64,000 nt of DNA from Tubiluchus corallicola (GCA_030141605.1 JAQGDQ010000766.1:36085-100084); one strand, 5' to 3'; numbered from the stretch's first letter, positions 1 to 13,230 are shown. Notes: generated from the sequence alone by a model not told the origin. A program made the numbers and translations.

Positions 1-201
1 TTTAGAATTCGCGAGAGGGCCACGGCGTCCCGTAATTGGTTATTAATAGACAACCACCACGCAGCCTGAACATGATGGAATCGATTGCAAACTGCATGAA
101 ATGTGCCAACAATTTGAGATTAATTTGTACAGCAGGAAGATGTGAGTACTCTGTGGAATAAATAAATAAATAAATAAAATGAAATAGAGGAGTGCATAAT
201 A

Positions 202-586
202 CAGTCAACCTTGGGTATAAGGGTCACTTCGGAACACCAACACTGGTCCCGATTTTTCGTAACATTTTTCCAATGTAAAAATCTTCGTATATCAGGTAGT
301 CGCACATAATTATGATAGAAGCGAAATTGATCGATTTTTAACCTCAATTTTTCGCAAACTCGGCCATTAAACAGCTCGGTTTCCGCGGTCACATACATCT
401 CGCATCACTGAAGGAGCTTCCTACATATCGTTTGCACTGAATGTGTAGCAATAATCCATAAAATATGGGTGAAAGTACAGGTCTAGGTACACCCTCGGTC
501 AGACTCAACTTGGGCTATAAGGGATATGGGATATGACGGACGATTTTTTTCCGGTCCGCAGTATGTCTTATATCCGAGATGGACTG
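202..586. mobile_element. pogo/Tigger-like MITE
   Basis: Imperfect ~20-bp TIRs (cagtcaaccttgggtataag ... cttatatccgagatggactg), with TA on both sides (200-201, 587-588). Confidence 0.7.
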
Positions 587-1539
587 TACACGAGTCCTTA
601 TTCAAGTTTGGTGTGGTTGATTGCTTGATCATTGTTATGCCTACTGCGCATGCTCAATTACCATTAACATCGTCAACTGAAACTACTGCATGTCCTAGAT
701 TCAACTGACAAAATCTGCAAAAGATGAAAGCATCTGGAAAAAATACGTTTTTGAGATTTAAAGGGCATGTTGTTCAATTTGTGATTATGACCATGGCAAG
801 AGCACCATCTTATTGTCAATCAGTATTACGTTGCTTTTGAGGCAGCTAATACTGCAGGTATTCTGAAGGCATTCATGCAAAGCCAAGGAACCAATACATT
901 AAATACAAACAATCCAGTATGGATATCTTTTTTTCAAAAACACAACTCAACTCATCTTGTAAAAATGTTAAAACCAATTTTGATACAATTATAAAAAACT
1001 TTGTACGAAATTTACATTAGACCAGCAAAGATTGAGATACGTTATTCTTTTTAATGAAAACAGCAAAATTTAAATTGCAACAAACTAAATGTTTAAGAAA
1101 AGTAAATTAAAAGCAGTGAGTAGCCTAAGATGTCTGCGGCTTTAAAAAATGGAACGACAGTTGTGCAGCGTCTTAATATTACGCCATCTAGGATATACTG
1201 TATAGTGCTGCCACCTGTCTGCAGTTAAGTAGAGCGTGACAGAATTGTAAGATTGGCTTTGAATAAAGAAGTTGTGTTTCACTCCCTTCAAATGAGAATC
1301 GTTACATCGTCTAATTATAAAATCTTTGTGTCTAAAATCTATCAGTAATTAATAACCATATTATAAGTTGTGTGTTTAACTGTCTAATAAAGTATTTAAA
1401 AAAATGTATTTCTCCCAAATTTGAAGAAAAATCATGCAGATGTTATGCTACATGTGAGGTTACCAATGATTACAAAAATACACATGAACAGTACTATAAA
1501 TAGACAAGTATCACAGTATGTCCTGTTTGACTGCCCACC

Positions 1540-2943
1540 TCAATGGTTTTTCTCTGTAGTACAATGAATCCCTGAATGTCTTGTCAGATGGCCAGTCTGC
1601 GCAAATGCAGCGTCACACTGACTACACTTATATGGTTTTTCTCCAGTGTGAATTCTTAGATGTACATTCCTAGCACTTGAGCGACTAAATGCAGCATGAC
1701 AGTGATTACACTTGTACGGTTTCTCTCCTGTGTGAATTCTAAAGTGTGTTTTGAGACGGCCTGATCTGACAAATGAAGCAATACACTGACTACACTTAAA
1801 TGGTTTTTCTCCAGTGTGAATTATTAAATGTGTTTTAAAGGAGCCTGAGTCGGTAAATGCAGCGTTACACTGACCGCACTTGAAAGGTTTCTCTCCAGTG
1901 TGAATTCTTGAGTGTCTTGTCAGAGTACCAGTGTGAGCAAATGCAGCATTACACTGACTACACTTATATGGTTTTTCTCCAGTGTGAGCTCTCAAATGAC
2001 TTTTCAAATTGTCTGACCGAGCAAAAGCAATGCCACACTGACTGCACTTGAAAGGTTTTTCTCCACTATGAATTCTAAAGTGGTTTTTCAGTTGACCTGA
2101 ATACGTAAAAGCAGCATCACACTGACCACACCTGTAAGATTTTCCTCCAGTGTGAGTTCTTGTATGCTTTTTCAAATTCCTTGCATCAGCACCATGACTA
2201 AACCTACGAGATTTTTCTTGAATGGAAGGAGTTACAATTTCATTGTGTTTAACAGAAAGGTCAGAGCGATCAAGATTAAATGACAGAAGCTCTGGACTTT
2301 TTTCATTCACACTTGCTAAAAGTTCGTCTTCTATTAAATCCTCTTTGCTTTCCTTCACTACATCACAAGAAGCATCCGATTCAGTTTTTAAAAATTCATT
2401 AGCAGTTTTTATATCTTTATCTGTAACTTCATCACACAAACTGTTGCCTTTCCTATTCGTCAAAACACTGAAGTCAGTTTTCAAGTGGACAATGTCAGGT
2501 TGCACCATAATGTCCACTTCACAAATATCAGTGTTTTTCACATCACTATCTACAAGAAAATCATTCTCAGTTTTCACCATCATTTCACCTGTTTGAAAAC
2601 CACACGCTACTCTATTGTATTTGTTGTTGTTTCTTATGTCAACTTTTTCAAAATTACTTTCAGTTTTTACATTGTCTGTTTGCACTTTAACATCAGTGCT
2701 GCCCTCTACAAAGTTAACTAAAATATCAGGTTCAATTTTCACACGTCCAGGTACATTGTCTGTTTGCACTTTAACATCAGTGCTGCCCTCTACAAAGTTA
2801 ACTAAAATATCAGGTTCAATTTTCACACGTCCAGGTACATTGTCTGTTTGCACTTTAACATCAGTGCTGCCCTCTACAAAGTTAACTAAAATATCAGGTT
2901 CAATTTTCACACATCCAGGTACTCTTTGTGCAGTCTCATCCAT
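1540..2943 (-). CDS. Tandem C2H2 zinc-finger protein (gene A), 467 aa, 7 intact fingers plus a half finger, acidic psi-KxE-rich N-terminus
   Basis: CxxC-x12-HxxxH repeats with TGEKP linkers. The ORF-track start (TTG CAG at 2988) is a splice acceptor (ttttttgcag|). The likely start is aaagATGG at 2943 (MDETAQ). Confidence 0.92.
   Translation of the reverse strand: MDETAQRVPGCVKIEPDILVNFVEGSTDVKVQTDNVPGRVKIEPDILVNFVEGSTDVKVQTDNVPGRVKIEPDILVNFVEGSTDVKVQTDNVKTESNFEKVDIRNNNKYNRVACGFQTGEMMVKTENDFLVDSDVKNTDICEVDIMVQPDIVHLKTDFSVLTNRKGNSLCDEVTDKDIKTANEFLKTESDASCDVVKESKEDLIEDELLASVNEKSPELLSFNLDRSDLSVKHNEIVTPSIQEKSRRFSHGADARNLKKHTRTHTGGKSYRCGQCDAAFTYSGQLKNHFRIHSGEKPFKCSQCGIAFARSDNLKSHLRAHTGEKPYKCSQCNAAFAHTGTLTRHSRIHTGEKPFKCGQCNAAFTDSGSFKTHLIIHTGEKPFKCSQCIASFVRSGRLKTHFRIHTGEKPYKCNHCHAAFSRSSARNVHLRIHTGEKPYKCSQCDAAFAQTGHLTRHSGIHCTTEKNH
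2668..2922 (-). repeat. In-frame 84-bp tandem triplication in the gene A N-terminus (VPGRVKIEPDILVNFVEGSTDVKVQTDN x3)
   Basis: Units start at 2668, 2752 and 2836. The paralogs have a single copy. Confidence 0.95.
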
Positions 2944-4699
2944 CTTTGTAGTCACAAGAGGAGAGGCGGTAATGCCAGCTCTCTGCAAAAAAGCAAATTA
3001 AAAACTTTCCAAACTACTTCAAAACAAATGATGCAACATTAAGCATTAATCACACTAGAATGTGGTAAAAATGGATTTAGGGAGGCCATTTCGAAGCAGA
3101 AAATTGATGCTGCCACAGCAAAAGAGCTACCGAGTTGCAGAAATGCTAAAGTTTGTAAATTCAGCAGAAACAACTGGGAGATCTGCAATCTTCAATCATA
3201 TACAAAGCAGCAACTGTTAAGAATTACTTTGAATTTGGGAGAAATTCTAGAAAACATTTCAATTTCTGTTTAACAATAACTAAAACCTTTAGACCTACAA
3301 AAAATATGAATTCATATGTAACAGCCATGTGATGCATAACTTCTAGTTGACAGACTGATATACACGGTCCGCAACTATATTTAAATCGACATAGAAGCCA
3401 TTGCAGCATATGATGCGATACATACGAGGACATTCTACCTCGTTCATTCAGGTACCGAATTTTCCTTTTGAACGGATGTCCAGGACATTTTTAATGGGTT
3501 AATTTACGTGGTGCCTTTCTTCAGGTTGTCATAAGTTTTGTTTTGGTGTTAGTGGCTAGATTCTACTGACGTTGTATAAAGGATAATAGTTAAATGTAGA
3601 AATGTTAAATATCGGCACCTATTACGTCCCACCAGCACAACTCCGGGGGTAAAAGATTTGCATTGCCATACTTCTCCACTTAGAGGAGCTAATGGACAAA
3701 CCATTCTTTTAGGGATTCTGAACATTGGTGGAGTATTTCTCACACCATTAGTTAGATCAGCAGTAGCGGAGACATCAGACAACAACTACTAATTCACACA
3801 TAACTACTTGTGGTGTGTAAAGACACGTGGTTTGGCGACGTACAGCAACAATTTTTCCATATTATCTGCGAGGGCATCATACTCTTCTACTTGTTGCTGT
3901 TATTTACCTTATCTGATTCATCATCACTTTCTTATGGTACATAAGTTGTTAATGGTACATTGTTAGTTTGTATGTTAACATCTATCAGTTCATTTAGAAC
4001 ACCATTTTCAATTTCTCTCAGATTTTACATTCTCTCAGATTTGCACAAACTTAAAAGAAAATTGCCACACTCATATGTGACAAAATTTACAATTAGAAGA
4101 AAAATAAAATGTTATATAAACGCCACACTTCAAGATTGGTTATGGAATTTTAGCTGTTAGCATAACGAATTAGCAATTAACAGTATGATAACAATGTGTA
4201 TGTTGTCCTGCAATTAACAGAATAAATCAACACGATCTAAAAGTTACATAAACACTTTATTGAAACAACAATATGGCTATGTACAGATCCAATGGTGCAC
4301 AGCACTAGCTAACTTTCTTAGATAGGCTGCTGATTATGTAGATTAACACAGAGTTCATAGAAAAAATTATTCAGGTAGCTAAAAACTAAATTAAAAAAAC
4401 GATAACTATAATTTAAAAAATAATCAGGGCTGAAGCAGTTCGTAAAAACTCTAGTCTAGCTTAACTCAAGGAGAGCACATGGCGTGGTCAGAATAGTTTA
4501 GCAAATTTCATGTAACTATACCTGTTCTGTTCACTGAACTTAGATGAATTAGGACTACAGTCGTTTATTTTAAGCTGTTACATTTTTACATTAACGCTGT
4601 AATATTATTGCACTTATAGTTTTTACTATAAGGCAGATTCTTTCTTATTAGTTAGCTAAATTTAGTAAAGGTTGCAACAACAATTACAAAATCGGAAGA

Positions 4700-4830
4700 T
4701 ATACCATTTAAATTGTAGATCAATCACAGGACTAAAAATCTCCATCTTCTTTCATGAAGAAGCGTTCCTAAAATCGCGGCGCTTCGATTTCACGTTGCCG
4801 ACTCCATTTGTCACGACTTGTATAAATAAC
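4700..4830 (-). promoter_or_regulatory. Putative promoter / non-coding first exon of gene A
   Basis: Module GTCGTGAC...AAATCGAAGCGCCGCGATTT...GAAGATGGAG...ATG|GTATAT (exon ends 4705), also found upstream of genes B, C and D. Confidence 0.6.
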
Positions 4831-5622
4831 AGCAAAAAATTTCTGTCTCACCTGCAGTGTAGATTTTGAAGAGTGGTGAAAATATTTAGACTGCCTCAAA
4901 TGTAGGAAATAAATTTAATATAAATAATTAATACTTCAACATATATAAACAGCACGCTGGTATTAGCATTCTTCAACAGCAATAATAATAATAATAATAA
5001 TAGTAATAACAATAATAATATAAATAATACGATAATAATGATAATATTATTAATAATGATGATGATTATAGCATCAAGTCATCTTGTGTATTACATTTAT
5101 GGCAAGAAAAAAAAAATCAAATATTGATAATTAGAGAACAGAAAACCTCAACAACTAACAACGATAATTGGGCGTGTTTTATTCAAGATGTAATGAAGTA
5201 AAACAGCCATGCAACCGTAGATGTCCGCCATGTTGGAAATTTTAAAAGTACTTTCTTACCTTTATATACAGGACTGTATTATACCAACCACTCAAACAGT
5301 ATTCTTATAAAAAAGTTACTTACTGTAGCGCTTCACAAACTCACACAACACGAAAAACAGGAATAGTGGTACCTTGTGTTCACACAATATTAAATGAACA
5401 AATTTACACAATAATGAAAATAGCAATACCACTTACTTAGCTCGTACAAGCAAAGGAGACTGTACGTCTCTTGTCCCGTGCTTTTATACCTGGCCTGGCT
5501 TCGGACCGGTCCACTTCAAAACAGAAAAGGTATTTGTAAAGTAGCTCAGCAGTAGGTCTAGCTACATTTCAAGTCTAAGCAGTAAACAACTGTACAGACG
5601 AGTATGCTTGAATATAATGCTC

Positions 5623-5910
<288 letters not shown>

Positions 5911-6024
5911 CTCATTTATCTTCCCTCTATTTACCTGTATTCTGAATCAGCTCTCTATCTTCATTCTGTATATGTAGATGTACATGTAGGAAAATGTTCT
6001 TTAAGCATTTGTCAATGAAATACT

Positions 6025-6190
6025 ACGACGGGGGCGTGTAGTAATCATGTGCTCAAAGCAGCCGTGTCACGTGACCACAACAAACTCGTTCAAACCTAAC
6101 TACAGCGGGGGCGTGAGAAAATTACTGAAGGCTGTAGTAATCACGTGATCAAAACGGAAACCAAACGTGTCACGTGATCACAACAAAGTT
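6025..6190. promoter_or_regulatory. GC-box / E-box cluster
   Basis: Two GGGGGCGTG and three TCACGTGA sites in about 160 bp, between divergent genes A and B; duplicated at about 30290-30450. Confidence 0.45.
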
Positions 6191-7263
6191 CAACTTCAAA
6201 ACGGATCAAAACAAACTCAGCTGTTTGATGTAATCAATTCAATCAGACAAAAATTTAAAAACTTCAAGGGGGATATCGGACATGGGCTAATGTCGGACAT
6301 TGAGTTTTGCATTTGCCTAAGACCCATTAAACAACCTGGACGCTGTTTTTTTAATACAGACACATCACATCTTTAGACTGGCATATTCACTATTGTCTTG
6401 TAGTTTGTCTTCTGGCAGCCACATGGTCGTGAACATACAATCTCGCGTAGTGAGTACGTTTATCCCTGACTGTATTTGCTGATAAACAGACCTAATTATA
6501 TACATTAATTATATACAGCATCCTCTTCTGAAGTAGGTTATTTTGTAAGTTACTTCTTCCCTGATGCTTTGATGCCACACTTTGTAAACCACCATATTTG
6601 TTGTTTATTATACAACTCAATGAAGCAATGTCCGACTTTACCCAAAGGCCTAGGCTTATGTCAGACAATTAAATTCTTGTGTCTGACTTTATCCAGAATT
6701 AATTGTTTGTGTTGGTAAAAAACACGTAAATGTAAAATTGTAGAAATAACATGATCTTTATAGTTTTGCAACATTGGGAGGAAAGCGTACAGAGCCTGAT
6801 GAAATTTCAATTAATTATCTACTTGTTTATATCTTGTATCTTGTTGCATTCATTACTGTCAATTACACAGCATCTTCGACCTTGGACCTACCGTGGACCT
6901 TATTTGATTTATCGTTTATTCCAAACATAAAGCTCATATAAACACAATTATAGCATCAATAAAGAACAGTTAGTAACATACACACACAGTACTTACAAAG
7001 TTACACTACTATACAGCATTTACAATTAGGACACGAGCATGGGCTCAAACTCATGATAACTGATTAAATTAAATGCTCGACTATGGCAAGATATGCCAGT
7101 GCTTTAGTGTAAAGGATGTTTATCCAATATTGCCGTACAAACTAAATTATCACTATTTCAAGTTCTCTTTGGAAGACTGAACAGACTTCTTTGTATCACA
7201 TCAAAATACAACAAGTTCAGTTCATGTAGACCTAGCACTGTAGTCGTGAGGATAGGTAAACAA

Positions 7264-7371
<108 letters not shown>

Positions 7372-8364
7372 AAGGATATTTTATGCTTAATTTTTTACAT
7401 TGTTGATGTTCATTGATATAATGATTGAAGCCAACGCGAAATGTTATTATTATTATTATTCGTAAGCTTGTTTACGTTGTGTGCTTGTGTGTTTATTTAC
7501 TTGTATTTTCGTTGTATATATTTTTAATGTTGTATTAATATGATATGAACGAAAGTTTGAAATAAGAAGTAAATCGAATCAAATCAAATCTTGCAAAAAT
7601 TGTACGCTATTCTGATCTTTTAAATTTATAATGGTAGAAGAATCTTCATATTGCCATACAATAAGAATTACTACAAAATGAATTAAACAGATATTTTTTT
7701 CACATTTGGTGTGCAAAATTGACCAACACTCTATACGTTTCTACCCGGTGGGATTGTATAATGTGAAGTGCACTTGTCATGTTGGACAAACTATAATCAA
7801 TTTTCAAAGAAAAAATTGAAAAGGTTTTTAGTAACTGCAGTGTTTGCACTGTAACCATGTACAGTATTACTTGTGTGAAATCAGCTAACTAAAAAAATTC
7901 AATTATCCACATACAGATATTCTTTTCACTGAGTGCTGTATCAATACTGCACATATAATAGTAAGACTTTAGACCCAGCAAACATCTAGAAAGTTCACTT
8001 GTACCATGTGCATTCCGCTTGTAATAGTAAAAAAGCAATTTTTAGAAAGACATTATGTCAGAAGATTTCAGAGAAAAACTTGCAGATTCAGTACTTTGCA
8101 AATATTGTCTTGAAAACCTGTATGATAATAAAGATAGTCATAATATTAATAATAATAGTAATAACAATAATAATAAAACAACAATGAATGGACGATCATC
8201 ATTAATAAACTATATGCATCATTGTTGATGATGTAGCTAACAGTAAAGTGTTTATGTACGTTGCTACTATTAAGTGTTAACATTAATTTATTAGCTGCAT
8301 TTGTGGCAATCTTGAATCCAGCAACTCTGTAATCAAAACTTAATTTTTATTTTGTTTATTCAAT

Positions 8365-8525
8365 AACAGGGATCGTGAGAAATGCGGGTAGCAGCGCAAA
8401 ATCGAATCGCCGCCATTCTAGAAAATCTTCCTAAGGGGAAGATGGAGTTTTTATTATCGTGGCTGAAAATTTAAGACAAGTATTACTGTGATCTGTGGTT
8501 TGTTTACAGTTTATATGGTAAATTT
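8365..8525 (+). promoter_or_regulatory. Putative promoter / first exon of gene B
   Basis: TCGTGA...AAATCGAATCGCCGCCATT (YY1-like)...GAAGATGGAG...ATG|GTAAAT (exon ends 8517); homologous to the A, C and D modules. Confidence 0.55.
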
Positions 8526-8949
8526 CGTCGATTTTATAAGTTTTTCGCTGTGCTATTTTATTTACACTTGGCCAAGCTATGTAATTAATAATAAGAGTTG
8601 TAAAAAACGCATATGTGCCCGTGCTTTGCAAAACTGTCCATAGTGCGCTAGGCATAAATTTTTAATGATATGCATATTCTTATTCTCCTGTTTATGCTGA
8701 TCATTTTGGTACTAGTTTCAGCTCTCTGCGATGTTTCTGAGCCAATATGTTGACATTAAATTATGTTAGTAGAAATATGAGTGCAATAATATAATACTAT
8801 AATATAATATAATATACGTTTACGTGACCAACTAATTGATGTATACAAATATGTGTATGGAGTTTACAGCTGTGATGATTGTCCTGTTAAATTAGAAGTA
8901 CATCGTACAGCAAGATCAGGTCCTATTCTTCGTAAATCAAGAACTGCAC

Positions 8950-9110
8950 ACAAAACTGGTAAATACGACTATTTTCTTGTACGATGCCAGAAATCTGGAA
9001 TAGATTGTCCTGTGATGTGAGAACAGCAACATCTGTAAATTCATTTAAATCAAAATTAGATAGACACTATGAACATCATTCTTTGAAATTTAATTACCGT
9101 GCTAATTGGA
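8950..9110 (+). mobile_element. CR1-type LINE 3' remnant
   Basis: Translates to IWNRLSCDVRTATSVNSFKSKLDRHY, the WN.L...V..A.S...FK..LD terminus typical of CR1 ORF2. Confidence 0.65.
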
Positions 9111-9772
9111 ACATGCCTATAACAAGGATGCTGGATTACATATTATAGTGAGAAAACTTGCCGGTGGAGCCACCTAGGTGTTGATGACAATCTATTGTAT
9201 GTGCAATTTGTCGCAATTACAGTCGAAGAACTATTTGTCTCAAAAGTTATATTATAACTACTGGAGATTTACTACTACATAATATAATTAATGCAAAATA
9301 ACAGCTGAAAATAAACTAATTCTAATTTCAGTTTATTTAAGTTTATCTGAGCAAAATATTTGTAGTTACACCAAATTCGCTAAAATATTGTGACCACGCC
9401 ATGCGCTATTGTATTCATTTAAGCTAGACTAGATTTTTATGCACTGTTACTTGCTTCATTATTCTTGACGTCACAGACATTGTTTTTCAAAGAACAACTA
9501 CCTACATTTTGCAAACCTACTACTTTATTTGAAATAATTGCATCTGACAAACATTGAATGTGTGAATGGCTTGTAAATGGTCCACAAGTCGCCATAATTA
9601 AAACTACGTTATGATGCTTCAAACTAGAATGACCCAAAAATTTGGATAAATTTAAATTTTTCGTATTTTATAAAAACAAATGCTAAATATATTAGACTTT
9701 TATATCTTAGTAAGTAAATAAGTATCTTCTTCACCTTTTTACAAGAAAACACAGTGCATGAAACGATAATAT

Positions 9773-10106
9773 TGTAACGGATCCGGGTTACAGCACGGAT
9801 CCATCTCAGGATGTATAGAGCGGCATACAAGTTATGAAATACTTTACAGCAGACGAGAAAAGTTAAAAGAATACGAATGTAAAATAAACTTTAATGCACA
9901 ACCAGGAGCTCCATGACATGTGAACAGATTTTTGTATAAAAATTAGCAAACCTACAGCATTCACCTTTACAGACAGAAAGGCCAGGTTGGAATCCTCAAA
10001 TTACGGCATGCATTCTGTTTTATACAGGTACATTTGCATTACTGGGCTTCTCAACCAATACCCATTACTAACATTAGGGGGTTGGTCATAATCTGCCTTC
10101 GTAACA
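9773..10106. mobile_element. Solo LTR (Gypsy-like)
   Basis: TGTAACG...CGTAACA termini, 4-bp TSD ATAT on both sides, 334 bp. Confidence 0.7.
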
Positions 10107-10351
10107 ATATGATACAATGTAACAACGTTATTTTAATGATTAATTTATCTGAGATATGATAGTAAATTGATTAGTAAAAGGGTGGCAAAGAACTAAAAGT
10201 TATCAAAGTCAACCACCCAGTAAGTGAAGCTGCTATAAGTAATTAATTATGTGAGCAATTATCTTGATGAAATTTTCAGAATTAGATGTGATGAAAGTTT
10301 ACATATGAAGCATTAACTAGTTGCTTAAGCGTACTAAAGGAAGGGTTAGTG

Positions 10352-11406
10352 TACTAAGATTGAACATATGAAACTTAGGTTTAAATTTTGATATACATAT
10401 CAAGGATATAAAGACATAATAAATACATATAATATTGACATGGTAAACATATACTAACTGAATATGCACATACATATAGCATCGTAGGATGCTCATGCAT
10501 GTACACACACATGAATACATTATTTAAAAAAATACACAGATATCTGTGTATTTTTTTAAATAATGCCATATGTATATATATGTGACACTATTTAAAAAAA
10601 TATACACACACATAGAGATGTGTAGATATTAGGTAGAGAGAAATGCCTTACTTCTCAACTTTCACTTACATGTTGGTACTGCATATAGCACATTTCCAAT
10701 ATGGCATCTAGATAATCATGAGGCCTCTAACTGCTGTGAAATTGCATTATTATAATAGTACTGGTGGCATTCTAATAGCATTCTAATGTTTACATATACA
10801 GTCGACCCTCGTTAAACCGGACCCCATTAGTGTTATATCGGATAAGACGGACGTCATCCGTGGTAAAGGAAACTGACCGATTTCCGACCGAGCTAGAGCG
10901 CTAAACACAACACGGCCTACCAACTCACCATGAGCCATTGACGGGCCGAAGCGGCTCGCGGTACGATTCCCGCCAAAATTGCGTACCCCATCGAAAGCAC
11001 TCGCTAATTTCTTTATCCTCACAGGTTAACTATTTTAATGTAATATACAGTGTAGCATATAGTGCAATGTATATAGGCCTTATTAAGGTGATGATTCCTG
11101 TATAATATAGACCATGTATAGGCATATCGGATGAATTGGACAATCGGCTAAACCAACCTCCCCCCAATTAGTCCGGTTTAACGAGGGTTGACGAGCGTAT
11201 TATATAAATATATACACATACATACATATACATATAAATAAATATACATGCCTAGCAGGAAAAAACACGAAGTTATTAAGACTAACAGGCGATTGCGGTA
11301 TAGACTTGTAACACAAAGTACAATTTCAGAAGTAGTACTGCAATAATATGTTCAAAAATAGCTTTACTACTATTTCTGTAACAAAATTCATTGTTACTAT
11401 TCACTG
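10352..11406. repeat. Segmental duplication arm C (inverted copy at 27788-28377, which lacks the MITE)
   Basis: Reverse-complement match on both sides of the MITE. Confidence 0.9.
10799..11197. mobile_element. pogo/Tigger-like MITE
   Basis: TIR cagtcgaccctcgttaaaccggac ... gtccggtttaacgagggttgac, TA TSD; the empty site is visible in the duplicate near 27995. Confidence 0.88.
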
Positions 11407-11579
11407 TAAGTTGGGGTCTAGACTTTTAGCATTATTAATAAGTAATACTAGTAAGTGAGATTTACCATTCATACGTGTGTATATATACAGTTTGGTAAGC
11501 TCAACTTGAGTGGAAAGTAGTAGTTTAAGTTTTAGTTGTGTAGGCAGTTCCAACACTAGGTATATAGAGAAATAAGCTT

Positions 11580-13230
11580 GTTTTTATAGTTTGAGACAAG
11601 ATGATTAAGGGATTTGATTTTGAACTCTTAAGGAATAGAGTTTCAACGTACTTGAGCGAACATTAAGCATTGGTTGTATTGCATCTTTTGACGCTATAAG
11701 TGTTACTTGACGCAAAGCGTGTTTGGTAATATTGCAAAGCTGAAGGTTCGCTCAAGTATCCATTAAATAGTTTAGGTAGCTTATGATTCTTAAATTTAAA
11801 AACAAATCTAGCCATTTCTAGGTTATAGATAACAATTTTTTTTTAAAATTCTTAGTTGATTATAATAAGATGTTGCATGGTCCCTGAAACCAGCAAAACA
11901 GACAGCTTTTACAATCTTGTTTTGAGGTACAGCAACATTGTGTGTCAGTTTTGTTGGCTGATCCCCATGTAAGTATTCCGTATTGTAAGTAGGGAAAAAC
12001 TAGTCCGTAATATATTAATTTCAAAGTTTGCTTATGTAGGTAGAGCCGAGGTTTAAAAAATAATCCTGTTATTTTACTAATTTTATACGTTACATGTTTT
12101 ATATGTGTACTCCAGTTAAGCTTGCTATCGATATAAACACCCAGATATTTTATATCATTCGACCGACTAATAATTATATTATTAATTTTAACTTGGTTGT
12201 CTTCATCTGCATTAAGTTTTCGATTTGAAAAGAGAATAAACTTAGTTTTGTGATAGTTTAATGTTAGTTAATTTTCCTTTAACCAGGTATCAATTTTATT
12301 TAATTGTTGGTTGATAGTATTTTGTAGATTATGGATATCAGATCCAGCCATAAATAGGTTAGTATCATCCGCAAACATTCGTGTATCAAGGTTAGTACAA
12401 TCAGGGAGTTCATTGATATACAACAAAAATAGTAATGGTCCCAGGGTAGTGCCTTGAGGAATCCCACATGTGACTTGAGCCGATTTAGATTTTGTATCCC
12501 CAATGGCTGTAAACTGTTTGCGATTCGTAAGATAGGAAACAAAGAATTTAAGTACATATCCTTTTATACCATAGTGGTTAAGTTTTTTGATTAGTGTATT
12601 GTGTTGGACAGAATCAAATGCTTTTTGTAGATCCAGAAAAATTCCGCATGTTATTATCAAGATTTTCTAGTATTCTGTCAACTAATTCAGATGTAACAAG
12701 AGCAGTAGCATCCTTTTTCTGAAAACCAAACTGAAAATCCGTTTTCGTTAAAAATTTTGTTAAGACATTTTTTTGATATTGGGGAAAGTAATGAAATAGG
12801 TCTATAGTTATTTAATTTGGTGATTCAGCTTTGTATATTTGAACAATTTTAGCATTTTTCAACTTATCAGGGAATACAGCTTAGATCAATTAGCGGTGGA
12901 CTAATTGTTTTATAATATTGGATGGGTATCTCATCTGGTGCTGAAGATTTATTACTGTTAAAGTTATTTATCTTACTAAGAATTTCCTGTTCGTAAATTT
13001 GGGCAATGAAAACATGTTTTGTACAGGGTTTTTAAGAAAGTTATTATGACTAGTGTTAGTTTTTTTGGATTTTAGTGGCTAGCTTATTACTTTCAGAGGT
13101 AAAGTGTTCATTGAAAGCATCACACATAATTGCCTGATTACTTGTTTCCATTCCATTGACTTTAATTTTATTAGTAAGACGGCATCTCTGTTTTTACGAC
13201 ATCAAATAAATTTGTAATTGATAATGACTC
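11580..13230 (-). mobile_element. Degenerate non-LTR retrotransposon (CR1/L2 group) reverse transcriptase
   Basis: Motifs NYRPISLL, FLDLQKAFDSV, GIPQGTTLGPLLFLLYINELP, FADDT, KYLGVYID and YGLVFPYLQYGILTWG, interrupted by stops and frameshifts. Confidence 0.9.

Larger units (their letters stand above)
872..5160. repeat. Segmental duplication arm A (inverted copy at 22598-27787)
   Basis: The reverse complement matches across the 3' flank, CDS N-terminus, intron and promoter module, with scattered SNPs and indels. Confidence 0.92.

Noticed and set aside
1-130. Possible MULE transposase motif (CNRFHHVQAAWW, minus strand)
   Set aside because: It is short, cut by the window edge, and the spacing is imperfect, so support is insufficient.
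2944-2988. N-terminal MQRAG... extension in the ORF track (also at 14100, 25432 and 53101)
   Set aside because: These are TTG starts at or just after a splice acceptor, and leader phase is not conserved among paralogs.
2222-3001. Antisense ORFs over the ZNF N-termini (also at 19222-19666 and 25419-25743)
   Set aside because: They are shadows of the sense codon pattern with no independent features.
3549-3785. 78-aa ORF 'conserved' at 24635-24871
   Set aside because: The conservation only reflects the recent duplication. It has a non-ATG start, is intronic, and is probably decayed TE sequence.
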